Source of the DNA: Acidobacteriota bacterium
GTDB lineage: Bacteria > Acidobacteriota > Vicinamibacteria > Vicinamibacterales > CAVVIG01
Direction: 5' to 3'
Length of the DNA stretch: 64,000 nucleotides
Assembly (NCBI GenBank): GCA_043743165.1
Contig: JAYTXA010000059.1
Location: forward strand, 70,816-134,815
Positions 63,809 through 64,000 of this stretch are shown one piece after another (position 1 is the first letter of the stretch; every line of letters begins with the position of its first letter). Below the pieces are notes generated by a model, which saw only the letters and a list, made by a program, of their open reading frames with translations, had not been told where the DNA came from and ran no database searches. A program made the position numbers and the translations under genes.

Positions 63809-64000
63809 TCACGCTGCGGCTGGCGCAACGTGAAACCGACTCACGACAACAGTCACGTTGTCCTTCCCGCCGCGGCTGTTCGCTAGATGGACCAGCGCCC
63901 GACACGCGTCCTCCGCCGTCTTGGCGGTCCCCAGCGCCTCAGCGATCATCACCTCCGGGACCATCTCCGTCAGTCCGTCCGTGCACAGCAGCACCTGGTC
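63809..64000 (-). CDS. PP2C-family Ser/Thr phosphatase (C-terminal end only; 5' part beyond the window)
   Basis: The track fragment LLCTDGLTEMV...GGKDNVTVVVSRF is the conserved PP2C C-terminal metal-binding region. The reading frame stays open to position 64000. Confidence 0.75.
   Translation of the reverse strand, partial: DQVLLCTDGLTEMVPEVMIAEALGTAKTAEDACRALVHLANSRGGKDNVTVVVSRFHVAPAAA

Noticed and set aside
1-64000. CRISPR arrays, rRNA genes, IS elements or transposases, prophage genes
   Set aside because: No regularly spaced short repeats, rRNA-like sequence, DDE/serine/tyrosine recombinase motifs or phage structural genes were seen on either strand.

Overview
High-GC (about two-thirds G+C by eye) bacterial chromosomal segment, densely coding on both strands. 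The receptor kinase/TolB-propeller fusions suggest an Acidobacteriota-like soil bacterium, but that is only an inference. The left ~40 kb is mostly housekeeping or metabolic. It holds a gal operon (GT-like gene, galM, GH2, galT, galK), feoAB, an MFS transporter, the ATP-grasp/alpha-E/transglutaminase triad, purL, rpiB-deoC, hpt/upp salvage genes and tRNA-Val. It also holds an ArsR-led six-gene complex-I/hydrogenase-4-like operon (21.0-28.6 kb). By my manual alignment, the 'large subunit' of that operon has lost all four Ni-Fe cysteine ligands, which points to an Ehr-type complex rather than a hydrogenase. The right ~24 kb is accessory. A type I R-M operon directly follows tRNA-Val and carries two embedded extra genes: a Fic protein and an unknown PD-(D/E)xK-like protein. 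After it comes a 14-kb array of three single-pass Ser/Thr receptor kinases with TolB-like propellers plus one internally deleted fourth copy. These kinases show domain-level mosaicism and share a TATAAT-N8/11-TTG start architecture. The array is interleaved with two divergent MntA/HepT toxin-antitoxin pairs, a Phd/RelE pair, a MarR unit, two gene remnants and a PP2C phosphatase at the window edge. Many genes have a -10-like hexamer 5-11 nt upstream of the start codon, suggesting leaderless or near-leaderless mRNAs. No CRISPR array, rRNA, transposase or integrase was seen. All functional calls come from motif and family recognition by eye in the supplied translations and my own re-translation. 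No database search was run.
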